Source: an uncultured Bacteroidales bacterium (lineage in GTDB: Bacteria > Bacteroidota > Bacteroidia > Bacteroidales > DTU049). Taken from it: a DNA stretch of 64,000 nucleotides. The notes beneath the pieces were generated by a model. The model ran no database searches, was not told where the DNA came from, and saw only the letters and a list, made by a program, of their open reading frames with translations. The translations under genes were made by a program, and so were the position numbers. Below, in pieces: positions 41,216 through 52,008 of this stretch; within the stretch, counting starts at the first letter, position 1; every line of letters begins with the position of its first letter. Location: positions 62,864 through 126,863 of the forward strand of contig CAZGIW010000001.1 of NCBI GenBank assembly GCA_964526285.1, in the 5' to 3' direction.

Positions 41216-43060
41216 ATGAGAATGAGAACACTTTTTTGTTTGTTTTTGTTTAGTTTAACAGCGGTTTTGACACATAAAGCTTATGGGCAAGCACCACAGA
41301 AAACAGTAAATCCTTCATGGGATTCAGCCAGACAGGTTGACTCTCTTTGTGCCTGGTCCTGGCAATTACGGACATATGACAGCAAACAGTCAATTGATTA
41401 TGCAAAACAGGCCTTACAAATTGCAAACGCATCCGGAAATAAACAAGCACAATGTAAAGCAAACTTTTATTTCGGCTCCGGTTTGTTCAATAGAGGAAAG
41501 CCACAATCTGCCCTTAAGTTTTTATTTAAAGCAGAAGAACTGATTGACAAAACAACAACAGTTTTATTAAAAGCAAGAATTTATAATGCAATTGGACTTT
41601 CCAGTGTGGATCTGGGAAATTACGAACAGGCATTGATATACTACGAAAAAGCACTCCAGGTGTATGAAGAAGATGGAGATAATGAAGGAAAAGCACTGCA
41701 ATTACAAAATATTGGAGTTGTATATTATTTGGTTGGCAGGTCAGAAGATGCTCTGAGAAACTATTTGCAATCAGCTTCTATACTTGAAACCATGCCCGAT
41801 GCATCGCCAGGAATTTTGGCCAATAATTATCTGAATACGGCCATTGTTTTTATGGAAATTAATGAATTAATAAAAGCAGACGAGTATTATAGAAAATCAG
41901 AACAAATATACAAATCAACAGATGATATTGCAGGTTTGGCACATTTATATACCAACATGGGAGTGATGTTTTTTGATATTAATCTTGACAGTTCTTTATA
42001 TTATCATTCCACAGCCCTTGATTTTTACAAATCAGTTGAAAAATCTATTAATGTTGGTGTTTCTCAAAGTTTTGTAGCTGATATTTTTCGGGAAAAAGGA
42101 GATTTTGATACAGCCTTAAATTATTATTCAGAAGCAATAAAAATTCTTCAAACAGAATCTTATATTTATGGGGAAGCTGTTGCACAAACAGGTCTTGGAA
42201 TACTATACAGATTAATGCAGAATTATCAGCAATCCATTCAGGCTCTGAAAAAGGCTTTCGATCTTGCAACTTCAATTGATGCATTAAATCTGCAGATGAA
42301 CTCATCACGGGAGCTCTACGAAACATATGCAGAAATGAAGCTGTTTAAGGAAGCATTTGCTTATTCAGTTCTTTACAAGGAGCTGAGTGACAGCGTGTTG
42401 AATATGGAAAAACTGAACATTATTAAAAGCCTTGAATTCTCGTTTGAGTCTGAAAAAAAACAAAGACATATTGAACATCTCACAGCTGAAGCAAAACTAT
42501 TCCAATTAAAAATGATGCTTTTTTCTGCAACGGCTTTTATAATACTCTTTTCCCTGCTTGTTTTTATTAACAGGCAAAGAATTATCAGAAAGAATGAAAA
42601 ACGAATATCAGAAGAAAAACTGAAAGCAACAGAACTGGAACTAGAATTAAGAAAAAAAATATTACTTAATTATGCACTTCGGGTTACAGAAAAAAACAAC
42701 TTGCTGTCAGAAATTAGTGTTCAACTGAAAGAAATGGGATTATCAGGAAAAAAAGAAATGTCACAAATTTTTTCAAGTATCCGGCTTAATCTTTTGTTGC
42801 CAGGAGAACGTGAAGAGCTTGATTCTCTTATCGATCAGACTGGGGCTGCTTTTTTTGCAAAGATTGAGCATGTTTCTTCCAATCTCACAGAGGCTGAAAA
42901 AAGAGTGTGTGTGTTTTTGTCTTTTGGTTTTTCTTCTAAGGATATTTCAGGAATAATGAACATTTCACCCAAAACAGTTGACAACTACAGATCTTCTATC
43001 AGGAAAAAACTGAGCATTTCTGATGATTTAAGCCTAAGCAATTATTTCGCTTCTTTGTGA
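41216..43060 (+). CDS. One-component regulator: periplasmic TPR sensor, TM helix, cytoplasmic LuxR-type HTH
   Basis: Signal peptide, about 8 TPR-like repeats, TM segment (MMLFSATAFIILFSLLVFI), coiled coil, then C-terminal LTEAEKRVCVFLSFGFSSKDISGIMNISPKTVDNYRSSIRKKL (GerE/LuxR HTH). Confidence 0.7.
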   Translation: MRMRTLFCLFLFSLTAVLTHKAYGQAPQKTVNPSWDSARQVDSLCAWSWQLRTYDSKQSIDYAKQALQIANASGNKQAQCKANFYFGSGLFNRGKPQSALKFLFKAEELIDKTTTVLLKARIYNAIGLSSVDLGNYEQALIYYEKALQVYEEDGDNEGKALQLQNIGVVYYLVGRSEDALRNYLQSASILETMPDASPGILANNYLNTAIVFMEINELIKADEYYRKSEQIYKSTDDIAGLAHLYTNMGVMFFDINLDSSLYYHSTALDFYKSVEKSINVGVSQSFVADIFREKGDFDTALNYYSEAIKILQTESYIYGEAVAQTGLGILYRLMQNYQQSIQALKKAFDLATSIDALNLQMNSSRELYETYAEMKLFKEAFAYSVLYKELSDSVLNMEKLNIIKSLEFSFESEKKQRHIEHLTAEAKLFQLKMMLFSATAFIILFSLLVFINRQRIIRKNEKRISEEKLKATELELELRKKILLNYALRVTEKNNLLSEISVQLKEMGLSGKKEMSQIFSSIRLNLLLPGEREELDSLIDQTGAAFFAKIEHVSSNLTEAEKRVCVFLSFGFSSKDISGIMNISPKTVDNYRSSIRKKLSISDDLSLSNYFASL

Positions 43061-43129
43061 GATAAAAGGCTCTTAATAACAGACACTTACAGTTTCATCC
43101 ATGAGAAAAAAACATAGATAAAATCTATG

Positions 43130-43150
43130 TATGTGAGATTTATGTGAGAT
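43130..43150 (+). promoter_or_regulatory. Tandem direct repeat TATGTGAGAT(T) x2, candidate operator
   Basis: TATGTGAGAT at 43130-43139 and 43141-43150 (11-bp period), preceded by hairpin CATAGAT-AAA-ATCTATG (43113-43129). It lies between the LuxR-type regulator and the giant adhesin gene. Confidence 0.35.
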
Positions 43151-43222
43151 AACAAATTTGGTCAAAAGCTTCTTTTGGTTGTTATTTTGCTTCAAAATGC
43201 AAACGCAAAAAAACTTAAAACG

Positions 43223-46200
43223 ATGAAAGTAAAAAACTATCTATTCACATTTTTAGCAATCACAATGCTAATATCATGTTTCGTCAAAGTTACTCAAGCC
43301 CAGATAAATCTTGATAACGGACTTATGTTATACTACCCTTTTAGTGGAAACTTTCTTGATGAAAGCGGAAACAATAATCACGGCTCTGTATCTTCAACAG
43401 GGTGTTATCTGATCAGGGATAAAACAGGTAATCCAAATTCAGCAGTTTTTTTCAATGGAGCTCTTGAACAGGGAATGATTGAAATGCCCGATACTTTGAT
43501 TAACGGCAGATCAGAGTTCAGTATGAGCTATTGGTTTAATCCGGCTTCACTCACAAACGGGATGAGCCTTGTGGGTCAGGACAATATCCTTGAAACTGGT
43601 TTTTATACATCTTCAACTCGTGTGGTAGTTTGGCATCCAACTTCAGGTGCTGTGAATGTGACACTTTCTCAGGGAGTTGATGTTTGGCAGCATCTTGCAG
43701 TCACCTGTTCGTCAACACAAATGAAAATCTATCTCAATGGTACTCTTGTAAATACACTCAACGGCAATTATTCGCTTGGCAGTAACTCCTTTATCCCAGG
43801 AATTGGAGGAAATGTTGTCAATCAAAACAATAACACATGGTTCAGAGGAAAAATTGATGAAGTTAGATTCTACAACAGGGTATTAAATCAGGAAGAAGTT
43901 AATTTGTTGTCATCTTCAATTTCTCTTACATACAGTATTCAGAATATTTCACAAACTACAATTTGTGCAGGCTCTCAGATCAATGTTGACTATACGGTTA
44001 TAGGCACAGGTATTCCTGCAGATAATGTTTTTTCTCTTCAGCTCAGTGACGAAAACAGTAGTTTTTCTAGTCCTTTAATTCTTGCAAATCAAACAGGCAA
44101 CAGCAGTGGTTCGTTTGTTAATGTTACTGTTCCTCACTATCTTAACAATGGAAGCAACTATAAATTAAGAGTTGTGAGCAGCAAACCAATGCATGAGGGT
44201 GCTGAGTCGGGTCAGACTCTTATTGTTAACAACCCTTCTCTGGGACTTTCCACTTTGGAAAGAGATCGCATTTTGTATTATATGTTTGATATGAATACAG
44301 CTGACAGCAGCGGTTATGGAAGAGACGGGGTTGCCTATGGAGGCACAAGCTGGATTGATGACAGACATGGAAATGCCTTTTCTGCCGTTCAACTCAACGG
44401 TACAAACGGATATATAGATGTTCCTCAGGATGTGTGGTTTGACGGAAGCAATTTCACAATTGCTGCCTGGGTTAATCCTGCTTCATATAATAACTGGAGC
44501 AGAATAATGGATTTTGGAATTGGTGCCGGAAACGAAAATATAATTTTCACCTTATCAAACGGAACCACAGGCAATCTCTTTGCCAGTGTCAGAAGAGGCT
44601 CAACAACTGTTGGGTCATTGACAGGAGGACAACTACCGCTAAACAAATGGTCTCATGCTCTTCTTCGATTTGATGGGAGTAACTTAGAAATCTATATTAA
44701 CGGAAACCTCAGTGCAACTACCACTTGCGATGCACCCAGACTTGTATCAAGAACAACTTGTTATATTGGCAGAAGTACTACAGCTTCTAACGAATATGCA
44801 AATGCTGCATTTGATGATTTTATGATGTGGAACCGAGCCTTAACTCATGACGAAATTAAGGTACTGGCAAATGATGGACTGATTTTTTCAAATAGCCCTG
44901 TTTGCGAAGGAAATATCCTTCATTTGGATGCTGTCAGTATTAACAATGCCTCATATGCCTGGTCGGGCCCTCAGGGTTTTTCTTCCACTACAAAAATGAA
45001 CGAACTTTCTCCCGCTGTTGATTTGATGTCTGGAACATATCATCTTACAGTGTCAATTGATGCATGTGTATTTAATAATGCTGAAAAAGAAATATCTGTT
45101 ATTACAGCTGCATCTCAAACAACACCTTCGTTTACCGGACTACCAGGATATACTTACACAGGAGCAGCAACAAATTCTCTAACCCCCACGCCATCAGGTG
45201 GTTTTTTCAATGGACCCGGAATTACAGGAAATGTTTTTAATCCTACTGTAGCAGGAGTGGGAAATCACAATATTATTTATAGCTATATGAATACTGCTGG
45301 GTGCGTTTCAACAGCCGACAGTATTGTTGTTGTGGGACAAGGATATCTTATGGACAACAACATCATCACTGATTGCTGGGGTGGCTTTTTTGATTCAGGC
45401 GGAAGAACAGCAAATTATCAAAACAATGAAGATTATACTTTAACATTTTGTTCAGATAATGGAGAACGCATGCAATTCAACATCAAATCCATAAGTATCG
45501 GGACTGGTGATACCCTTTGGGCTTTTGACGGACCCGATACAAATTCTGAACTTATTGCCATGTATATTGCAAATTCAAACCGCGATTTTGTTTGGACGTC
45601 AGGTACTTGTATGACGTTCAGGTTTAAAAGTGATGCATCAGCAACTACATCAGGGTGGGAAGCAGAGTTTAGGTGTATGACCGACCCTTCAGTTCCAAAT
45701 GAGATAACTGATATGAGTACTGGATTCAGAACAGTTTGCAGTGGCACTTTCAGAGATCCCGGTGGTAGTGGCAATTACTCAGTTGGCACCCATCGCACGC
45801 AAACTTTCCGCTCGGTTGACGGACAGAGGCTAAAGCTTCATTTCACCATGCTGAATATCAACGGTAACAATGGCGGACACTGGCTCAGGGTGTATGATGG
45901 CCCCACCACAGCCTATCCACACATTGGAAGCTATAATGAATGGGCATGGCCTCCTGGAAGTGTTGTAGAATCCACAGGAGAATATCTTACCTTTGTGTTT
46001 GATGCAACCAATTCATCAGCAGGAAGCCGTCCCGGTTGGGAAGCCACATGGGAATGTACCACACCTGTCATGCATGTAATAAGCATTCAGGATAACGATA
46101 CAACTATCTGTGAAGCAGTGTTTTGCGATAATGGCGGCCTTAATGCAAACTATGATCACAACTCAAAAGACACAATAACACTGAGTGCAATGCCCGGAAA

Positions 46201-49200
46201 AATTCTCAGCTTGACATTCAATCACAACAACACGCAGTTTGGAGCAGGAGATACTTTGTGGGTGTATGATGGATCGGATGCAACAGCCAATCTGAAAGCA
46301 ATGTATATTACCACTTCACGAATGGATCCCATTTATTCTTCGGGTACAGATTTTACTTTTGTTTTTCATTCAGACGGGACAGGAAATGGTCGTGGATGGC
46401 AGGGTTATTTGTCATGCATTGATGCTCCAGCTCCTTTGGTTACCTATGATATGAGCACCGGTGTCAGGGTTGTATGTGACGGATTTTTCAGAGATCCCGG
46501 TGGTGGTGGCAATTACTCAGTTGGCACCCATCGCACGCAAACTTTCCGTTCGGTTGACGGACAGAGGCTAAAGCTTCATTTTACAATGCTGAACATCAAT
46601 GGCAACAATGGTGGTCACTGGCTTAGGGTTTATGACGGCCCCACCACAGCTTATCCACACATTGGAAGCTACAACGAATGGGCATGGCCTCCCAACAGCA
46701 GAGTTGAAAGCACAGGCGAATATCTTACCTTTGTGTTTGATGCAACAGAAACATCAGCAGGTTCACGTCCCGGTTGGGAAGCCACATGGGAATGTACCAC
46801 ACCTGTCATGCATGTAATAAGCATTCAGGATAACGATACAACTATCTGTGAAGCAGTGTTTTGCGACAACGGAGGCCTTAGTGCAAACTATGCCCACAAC
46901 TCAAGAGACACAATAACATTGAGTGCAATGCCCGGGAAAATACTCTGTCTGACCTTCAATCACAACAACACGCAGTTTGGCGCAGGAGATACTTTGTGGG
47001 TTTATGATGGATCGGATGCAACAGCCAATCTGAAAGCAATGTATATTACCAATTCACGTATGGATCCCATATATTCTTCCGGAACAGATTTTACTTTTGT
47101 TTTTCATTCAGATGGCACAGGAAATAGTCGTGGATGGCAGGGTTATTTGTCATGCATTGATGCTCCTGCTCCTTTGGTTACCTATGATATGAGCACCGGT
47201 GTCAGGGTTGTATGTGACGGATTTTTCAGAGATCCTGGAGGTGGTGGCAATTATTCCGTTAATACCCATCGCACGCAAACATTCCGTTCGGTTGACGGAC
47301 AGAGGCTGAAGCTTCATTTCACCATGCTGAATATCAACGGCAACAATGGCGGACACTGGCTAAGGGTGTATGATGGCCCCACCACAGCTTATCCACACAT
47401 TGGAAGCTATAATGAATGGGCATGGCCTCCCAACAGCAGAGTTGAGTCCACAGGAGAATATCTTACGTTTGTGTTTGATGCAACCAATACATCAGCAGGA
47501 AGTCGTCCCGGCTGGGAAGCCACCTGGGAATGTACCACTCCTTCATTACCACATATTTATGTTGGAGACAGTGCAAGCCCCATATGTGATGCTGTTATTT
47601 ATGATCACGCCGGCCCTGCTGTAAACTACGGAACAAACAGAAAAGACACAACAGTTGTATGTTCAGACAACAGTCAGCTATTACAGGTTATTTTCAACCA
47701 TAACGAAACAGGATTTGCCGCCGGAGACACATTGTGGATTTTCGACGGCAGCAGCACACTTTCGCCTCCGCTTGGAATGTACATAACAGGGTCGCGAATT
47801 GATCAGATCGTTTCTTCGGGCACATGTCTTACTTTTGTATTCTCTTCAGACAATGCAAACCAACATCGTGGATGGCAGGGTGTAGTATCCTGCATAACCG
47901 TTCCTCCTGCTCAGATAAGCTATAACATGAGTACAGGTGTGCGTTATGTGTGTAGCGGAAAATTTCTTGACCCGGGCGGAACAGGCAACTATCCAAGAGG
48001 AACCTGGGTTCAAACCTATACTTCATACAACGGAGAAAGGTTGAGGTTTACCCGTAACTCATTCAATGTGAACGGAAACAATGGCGGTCATCCATTTTCA
48101 GTGTATGACGGACCTTCAACGGCATCGCCACTCATTGGTACTTATACAAATTTTGCATTTCCTCCTGCTGTATTTCAGTCCACAGGTTCAAGCTTAACAT
48201 TTGCTTTCAACAGCACCAACATGTCGGCGGGCACTACAGCCGGATGGGATTTCGGTATTAATTGTTTCTCAGGTAATCCAATTGATGTTTTGTGGTTAAC
48301 AAGTCCTGTTTGTGCAGGTGATACTCTTTTGATTCACTATGAACTCAACGATACTGTTGGAGCAGGAAACGTGTTCACTGCACAATTGAGTGACATGAAC
48401 GGAAGCTTTGGCTCACCTGTAAATATTGGCACATTTGCTTCAGAGACATCAGGAACAATGGAGGTGGTTATACCAGCGGGCACACCTGCAGGAAGCGGAT
48501 ACAGAATCAGGCTTATGTCATCAGTGCCTGTTCAGATTGGAAACCCCTCTCCAAATCCAATGATTGTTTATGCAGCTCCTTCTGTTCCTGTGGTTTCTCC
48601 TTCCGGGCCGGTTCAGATTTGCAGTGGTTCACAAGAGGTTTTGCTTTCAGTTGCTCCCCAGTCAGGGGTTAATTACAAATGGTATCGTGACGGATTATAT
48701 CCTGTTGGAAGCAATTTGCCATATTATACTGCTCAAACAAGTGGTCAGTATTCTGTTGAACTGGAAAATTCATGTGCAACAGTTTCTTCAAATATTGTTA
48801 CTGTTGATGCTGTTTTGCTTCCTATTCCCCCGGTTATTTATGCACCTGTTGACACTGGAATTTGTGATGGGCAACAGGTGTTGTTAGTTACAGATTCTCT
48901 GGGTGGAGTTTCATATCAATGGAAAAACAATGGCATTGATACAGGAGCAAATCAGCATTTTCTCTTAACAGGAACTCCGGGAGTATATCATGTGGAAATT
49001 ACAAATGCATGTGGAACAGTAGCTTCTGTAAATAGCAGTGAGATTATCATAACAGGAGCTGTTCCTTCAGCCCCATTAATAGTGGCATCAGGTCAACCCG
49101 ATATTTGTGACGGAGACGAAATTGAATTAAGCGTTCCTCTTATGGCAAACCATAATTACGAGTGGAGAAGAAACGGGCTGACCATTGGAACAGACACAAA

Positions 49201-50035
49201 TTTTCTAATTGTCAATCAGGCAGGCCAATACACCTTGTTAATTTCAAATCATTGCGGAAGTGCACAAAGCTCTAATATGATTGAAGTAACAGTAACGACA
49301 GTTCCCCCCGTGGTCAGCATCAATGCAAACGGACCACTGGAATTTTGCCAGGGAAATGATGTTCAGCTTAGTGTATCAAATATTCCAGCAACAGATTATC
49401 AATGGTTTCATAATGGCGTCCCCACGGGCAGCAATCAACCCTCCTTTGTTGCCCTGGCCGGAGGCCAATATACTGTTTCGCTTGAAAATTTCTGCGGAGT
49501 TTCACCTGCTTCTGATACAGCCAATGTGATTGTTAATGATTTACCTGTGGTAACTTATACACAAACACCTGCATTAATTTGTGAAGGATGGGGAGATGTG
49601 CTGCTTGAGGGTGGCTTGCCTGCCGGCGGAACATATTCAGGTCCTGGCGTTTCTGGAAACTACATAAATGCTTCAGTTGCAGGAATTGGTACACATATTC
49701 TAACTTACACTTATACAGATATTAATAATTGTCAAAATGTTGATACTTCTCTTGTAATTATTGATGCATGCACAGATATGATTATAAGTTTCAGGGAAAA
49801 AACATCTGTTTATCCAAACCCGGCTCAGGACGTAATATATCTGTTAAGTTCAAAATATGAATCAATCAGTTCAGTCGCAGTGTATAATATGAATGGAAAA
49901 AAAGTTATCCCTGAAGAAAAGACATATTCAACAAATCATTCTATCAATATTGCCCATCTTACACAAGGCGTTTATTTGATAAAAGTTAACTATATAGATG
50001 ATAGTTTTGTCATGCTGAAGTTAATAAAACAGTAA
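43223..50035 (+). CDS. Giant T9SS-secreted adhesin-like protein (2x LamG, about 8 CUB-like, 5 Ig-like modules, T9SS sorting domain)
   Basis: Signal peptide at ATG 43223. Two Laminin_G_3-type domains (LDESGNNNHG...FRGKIDEVRFYNRVL). Alternating CUB-like modules (F.DPGG.GNY...; DTLW.YDG). Y[KQE]W...G repeated Ig-like modules. C-terminal VYPNPAQDVIYL...GVYLIKV. Confidence 0.75.
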   Translation: MKVKNYLFTFLAITMLISCFVKVTQAQINLDNGLMLYYPFSGNFLDESGNNNHGSVSSTGCYLIRDKTGNPNSAVFFNGALEQGMIEMPDTLINGRSEFSMSYWFNPASLTNGMSLVGQDNILETGFYTSSTRVVVWHPTSGAVNVTLSQGVDVWQHLAVTCSSTQMKIYLNGTLVNTLNGNYSLGSNSFIPGIGGNVVNQNNNTWFRGKIDEVRFYNRVLNQEEVNLLSSSISLTYSIQNISQTTICAGSQINVDYTVIGTGIPADNVFSLQLSDENSSFSSPLILANQTGNSSGSFVNVTVPHYLNNGSNYKLRVVSSKPMHEGAESGQTLIVNNPSLGLSTLERDRILYYMFDMNTADSSGYGRDGVAYGGTSWIDDRHGNAFSAVQLNGTNGYIDVPQDVWFDGSNFTIAAWVNPASYNNWSRIMDFGIGAGNENIIFTLSNGTTGNLFASVRRGSTTVGSLTGGQLPLNKWSHALLRFDGSNLEIYINGNLSATTTCDAPRLVSRTTCYIGRSTTASNEYANAAFDDFMMWNRALTHDEIKVLANDGLIFSNSPVCEGNILHLDAVSINNASYAWSGPQGFSSTTKMNELSPAVDLMSGTYHLTVSIDACVFNNAEKEISVITAASQTTPSFTGLPGYTYTGAATNSLTPTPSGGFFNGPGITGNVFNPTVAGVGNHNIIYSYMNTAGCVSTADSIVVVGQGYLMDNNIITDCWGGFFDSGGRTANYQNNEDYTLTFCSDNGERMQFNIKSISIGTGDTLWAFDGPDTNSELIAMYIANSNRDFVWTSGTCMTFRFKSDASATTSGWEAEFRCMTDPSVPNEITDMSTGFRTVCSGTFRDPGGSGNYSVGTHRTQTFRSVDGQRLKLHFTMLNINGNNGGHWLRVYDGPTTAYPHIGSYNEWAWPPGSVVESTGEYLTFVFDATNSSAGSRPGWEATWECTTPVMHVISIQDNDTTICEAVFCDNGGLNANYDHNSKDTITLSAMPGKILSLTFNHNNTQFGAGDTLWVYDGSDATANLKAMYITTSRMDPIYSSGTDFTFVFHSDGTGNGRGWQGYLSCIDAPAPLVTYDMSTGVRVVCDGFFRDPGGGGNYSVGTHRTQTFRSVDGQRLKLHFTMLNINGNNGGHWLRVYDGPTTAYPHIGSYNEWAWPPNSRVESTGEYLTFVFDATETSAGSRPGWEATWECTTPVMHVISIQDNDTTICEAVFCDNGGLSANYAHNSRDTITLSAMPGKILCLTFNHNNTQFGAGDTLWVYDGSDATANLKAMYITNSRMDPIYSSGTDFTFVFHSDGTGNSRGWQGYLSCIDAPAPLVTYDMSTGVRVVCDGFFRDPGGGGNYSVNTHRTQTFRSVDGQRLKLHFTMLNINGNNGGHWLRVYDGPTTAYPHIGSYNEWAWPPNSRVESTGEYLTFVFDATNTSAGSRPGWEATWECTTPSLPHIYVGDSASPICDAVIYDHAGPAVNYGTNRKDTTVVCSDNSQLLQVIFNHNETGFAAGDTLWIFDGSSTLSPPLGMYITGSRIDQIVSSGTCLTFVFSSDNANQHRGWQGVVSCITVPPAQISYNMSTGVRYVCSGKFLDPGGTGNYPRGTWVQTYTSYNGERLRFTRNSFNVNGNNGGHPFSVYDGPSTASPLIGTYTNFAFPPAVFQSTGSSLTFAFNSTNMSAGTTAGWDFGINCFSGNPIDVLWLTSPVCAGDTLLIHYELNDTVGAGNVFTAQLSDMNGSFGSPVNIGTFASETSGTMEVVIPAGTPAGSGYRIRLMSSVPVQIGNPSPNPMIVYAAPSVPVVSPSGPVQICSGSQEVLLSVAPQSGVNYKWYRDGLYPVGSNLPYYTAQTSGQYSVELENSCATVSSNIVTVDAVLLPIPPVIYAPVDTGICDGQQVLLVTDSLGGVSYQWKNNGIDTGANQHFLLTGTPGVYHVEITNACGTVASVNSSEIIITGAVPSAPLIVASGQPDICDGDEIELSVPLMANHNYEWRRNGLTIGTDTNFLIVNQAGQYTLLISNHCGSAQSSNMIEVTVTTVPPVVSINANGPLEFCQGNDVQLSVSNIPATDYQWFHNGVPTGSNQPSFVALAGGQYTVSLENFCGVSPASDTANVIVNDLPVVTYTQTPALICEGWGDVLLEGGLPAGGTYSGPGVSGNYINASVAGIGTHILTYTYTDINNCQNVDTSLVIIDACTDMIISFREKTSVYPNPAQDVIYLLSSKYESISSVAVYNMNGKKVIPEEKTYSTNHSINIAHLTQGVYLIKVNYIDDSFVMLKLIKQ
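45713..47926 (+). repeat. Three tandem 738-bp (246-codon) repeat units inside the adhesin gene, plus a diverged partial fourth unit to about 48270
   Basis: Unit starts (ATGAG[TC]AC) fall at 45713, 46451, 47189 and 47927, exactly 738 bp apart. Units 1-3 are roughly 90% identical by eye, and the differences are distributed mosaically. Confidence 0.9.
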
Positions 50036-50054
50036 CATTCCTCATGTAAACATC

Positions 50055-50097
50055 AAAATCTTCTGCAGTAATTTTTTAGTGCAGAAGATTTTTTTTA
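50055..50097 (+). terminator. Rho-independent terminator
   Basis: AAAATCTTCTGCA / TGCAGAAGATTTT stem followed by a T-run, 20 nt after the adhesin stop codon. Confidence 0.8.
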
Positions 50098-50176
50098 TAA
50101 TTTTTTTTCGATAAAAAGCCATTTTGTTTGGAAATAATCCCTTACATTTGTATCACTAACCAAAAAAATAATCAGT

Positions 50177-51985
50177 ATGAAAAGAATTCTATTTTGTTTG
50201 ATCTCCTTGTGTATGTTTTTCATCGCAACACATGGACAGACAGTGCTAATTGATGAAGATTTTGAAAGTTACACAGATGGTGGTTTTCTAGTTCAACAGG
50301 CAGGTAATCCATGGACAACATGGAGCAATCAACCCGGAGGAGCTGAGGATGCAGTGATTTCAACAGTACAGGCAAACAGTCCTACAAAATCTGTTCATAT
50401 CCAGAATGCTTCGGATGACATTATCCTTAAACTGGGTAACAAAACAAGCGGAAAATACTCCGTTGAATTCTATTATTTTATCCCCACAGGCTATGGTGCT
50501 TATTTTAATATTCAGCACTTTGAAGCTCCCGGAACAGAATGGGCTATGGAAACATATTTTGGCAATAACGGTACAGGAAACACTGTTGTGAATAGTGTGG
50601 AAGAAAACTTTTCACATGCCATGGACACATGGTTGCAAATTGAACTGGTTGTTGATCTTGATCTTGATTCCGCCTGGTTCTATTTAAATGGTTCTTTAAT
50701 AAGAGGATGGATTTTTAGTATGCAGGCATCAGCGCCAACAGGAACAAAACAACTTGGAGGAATTAACTTCTACGGAGGGGCCATTACAGGACAAACACCA
50801 CAGTATTTTTTTGACGATGTAACATTTACACAAGTTGTTGCTGGTTCAAATCCTCCCGAGATTCAACTAAGCACAACGAATATTGCCACTGATGGTTCGG
50901 CAAATGAAGTGTTTACAATTTCCAATCTTGGAGATCAGCAAATGACTTTTATTGCTTATCCTACTTATCCTCAGGGTGGAACCAAAGCGTTGTCCAATGA
51001 AACAAGTACATTGGTATCAATTGGCTATAATAATGCAGAGGGCTTTGACAAAACAGATAAAGCAAATGAATTATCATATGTTGTGGGATTGCTTACCGGT
51101 GGAGTTGGATTTGCCTCCACTATAAACGGAGTTCGCTCTGCAGTTGTTTTTGATTATAATTTTATCAATCAATACATAGGAAGAGAATTGGTGTCAATTA
51201 CCATTGGAGTAAATGATCTTCCCTCTGGAACAACCAAAGTTCAGGTTTGGGGAAGAGGCTCTTATACAACTCCTGGCGCCGGAACCCTTATTGATGAGAA
51301 AAACTTTACTGCCACAACAATTGGCGAAGAAATTACAGTAACACTTGATAGCCCCATTTATCTTGACGGTAATGAAATATGGCTTGGATGGGTTGGAGAT
51401 GCACTTGCCTCAACTTACCCAATTGGAATAGACGAAGGTCCGAGATTTCCTGGAGTAAACTGGCTGGCCGTTGGACCAGGTTGGTCTGAAATGAGCCCCA
51501 CAATTGATAATAATCTCTATATAATGGGAACATTGCAGGGATCATCTTTGTATCAATGGTTGAGTGTAAGTCCACAAAGCGGAACCATTAATGGGGGTGG
51601 AAATCAGTCAATTACAGCCAGTTTTAATACTACAGGAATGACCAATGGAAACTATTATGCTGAAATTGTTATTGGATGTAACGATCAAACTCAGGAGTAT
51701 TCAGAAGTTGAAGTATATCTTACAATTGGAGCATCTGTCAATGAATATGGCGAAAATGTTGCTGTCATGACATTCCCAAATCCTGTTTCTGAAATGTTTA
51801 ATATTAACGCCAATACCTCTCTTTTGAAAGTTGAGGTGTATTCTATTACAGGTCAAATTGTGAAAGCATTTGCCCCGGCAACGGATAATTTTTCATTTTC
51901 AGTTAACGACCTTTCTGCTGGTATTTATACTGTAATTATTTCAACGGAAAAAGAAAAAGTTGAAAGAAAAATTGTTGTAGAATAA
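50177..51985 (+). CDS. Secreted protein with T9SS C-terminal sorting domain
   Basis: 602 aa, signal peptide. C-terminal FPNPVSEMFNINA...GIYTVIIS...RKIVVE. Confidence 0.6.
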   Translation: MKRILFCLISLCMFFIATHGQTVLIDEDFESYTDGGFLVQQAGNPWTTWSNQPGGAEDAVISTVQANSPTKSVHIQNASDDIILKLGNKTSGKYSVEFYYFIPTGYGAYFNIQHFEAPGTEWAMETYFGNNGTGNTVVNSVEENFSHAMDTWLQIELVVDLDLDSAWFYLNGSLIRGWIFSMQASAPTGTKQLGGINFYGGAITGQTPQYFFDDVTFTQVVAGSNPPEIQLSTTNIATDGSANEVFTISNLGDQQMTFIAYPTYPQGGTKALSNETSTLVSIGYNNAEGFDKTDKANELSYVVGLLTGGVGFASTINGVRSAVVFDYNFINQYIGRELVSITIGVNDLPSGTTKVQVWGRGSYTTPGAGTLIDEKNFTATTIGEEITVTLDSPIYLDGNEIWLGWVGDALASTYPIGIDEGPRFPGVNWLAVGPGWSEMSPTIDNNLYIMGTLQGSSLYQWLSVSPQSGTINGGGNQSITASFNTTGMTNGNYYAEIVIGCNDQTQEYSEVEVYLTIGASVNEYGENVAVMTFPNPVSEMFNINANTSLLKVEVYSITGQIVKAFAPATDNFSFSVNDLSAGIYTVIISTEKEKVERKIVVE

Positions 51986-52008
51986 AAAAATTGGGTTACC
52001 ATATTTTA

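Noticed and set aside
45713-47926. The 738-bp repeats as a mobile element or CRISPR-like array
   Set aside because: They are perfectly in frame within one ORF and encode repeated CUB-like domains. They are intragenic domain repeats.
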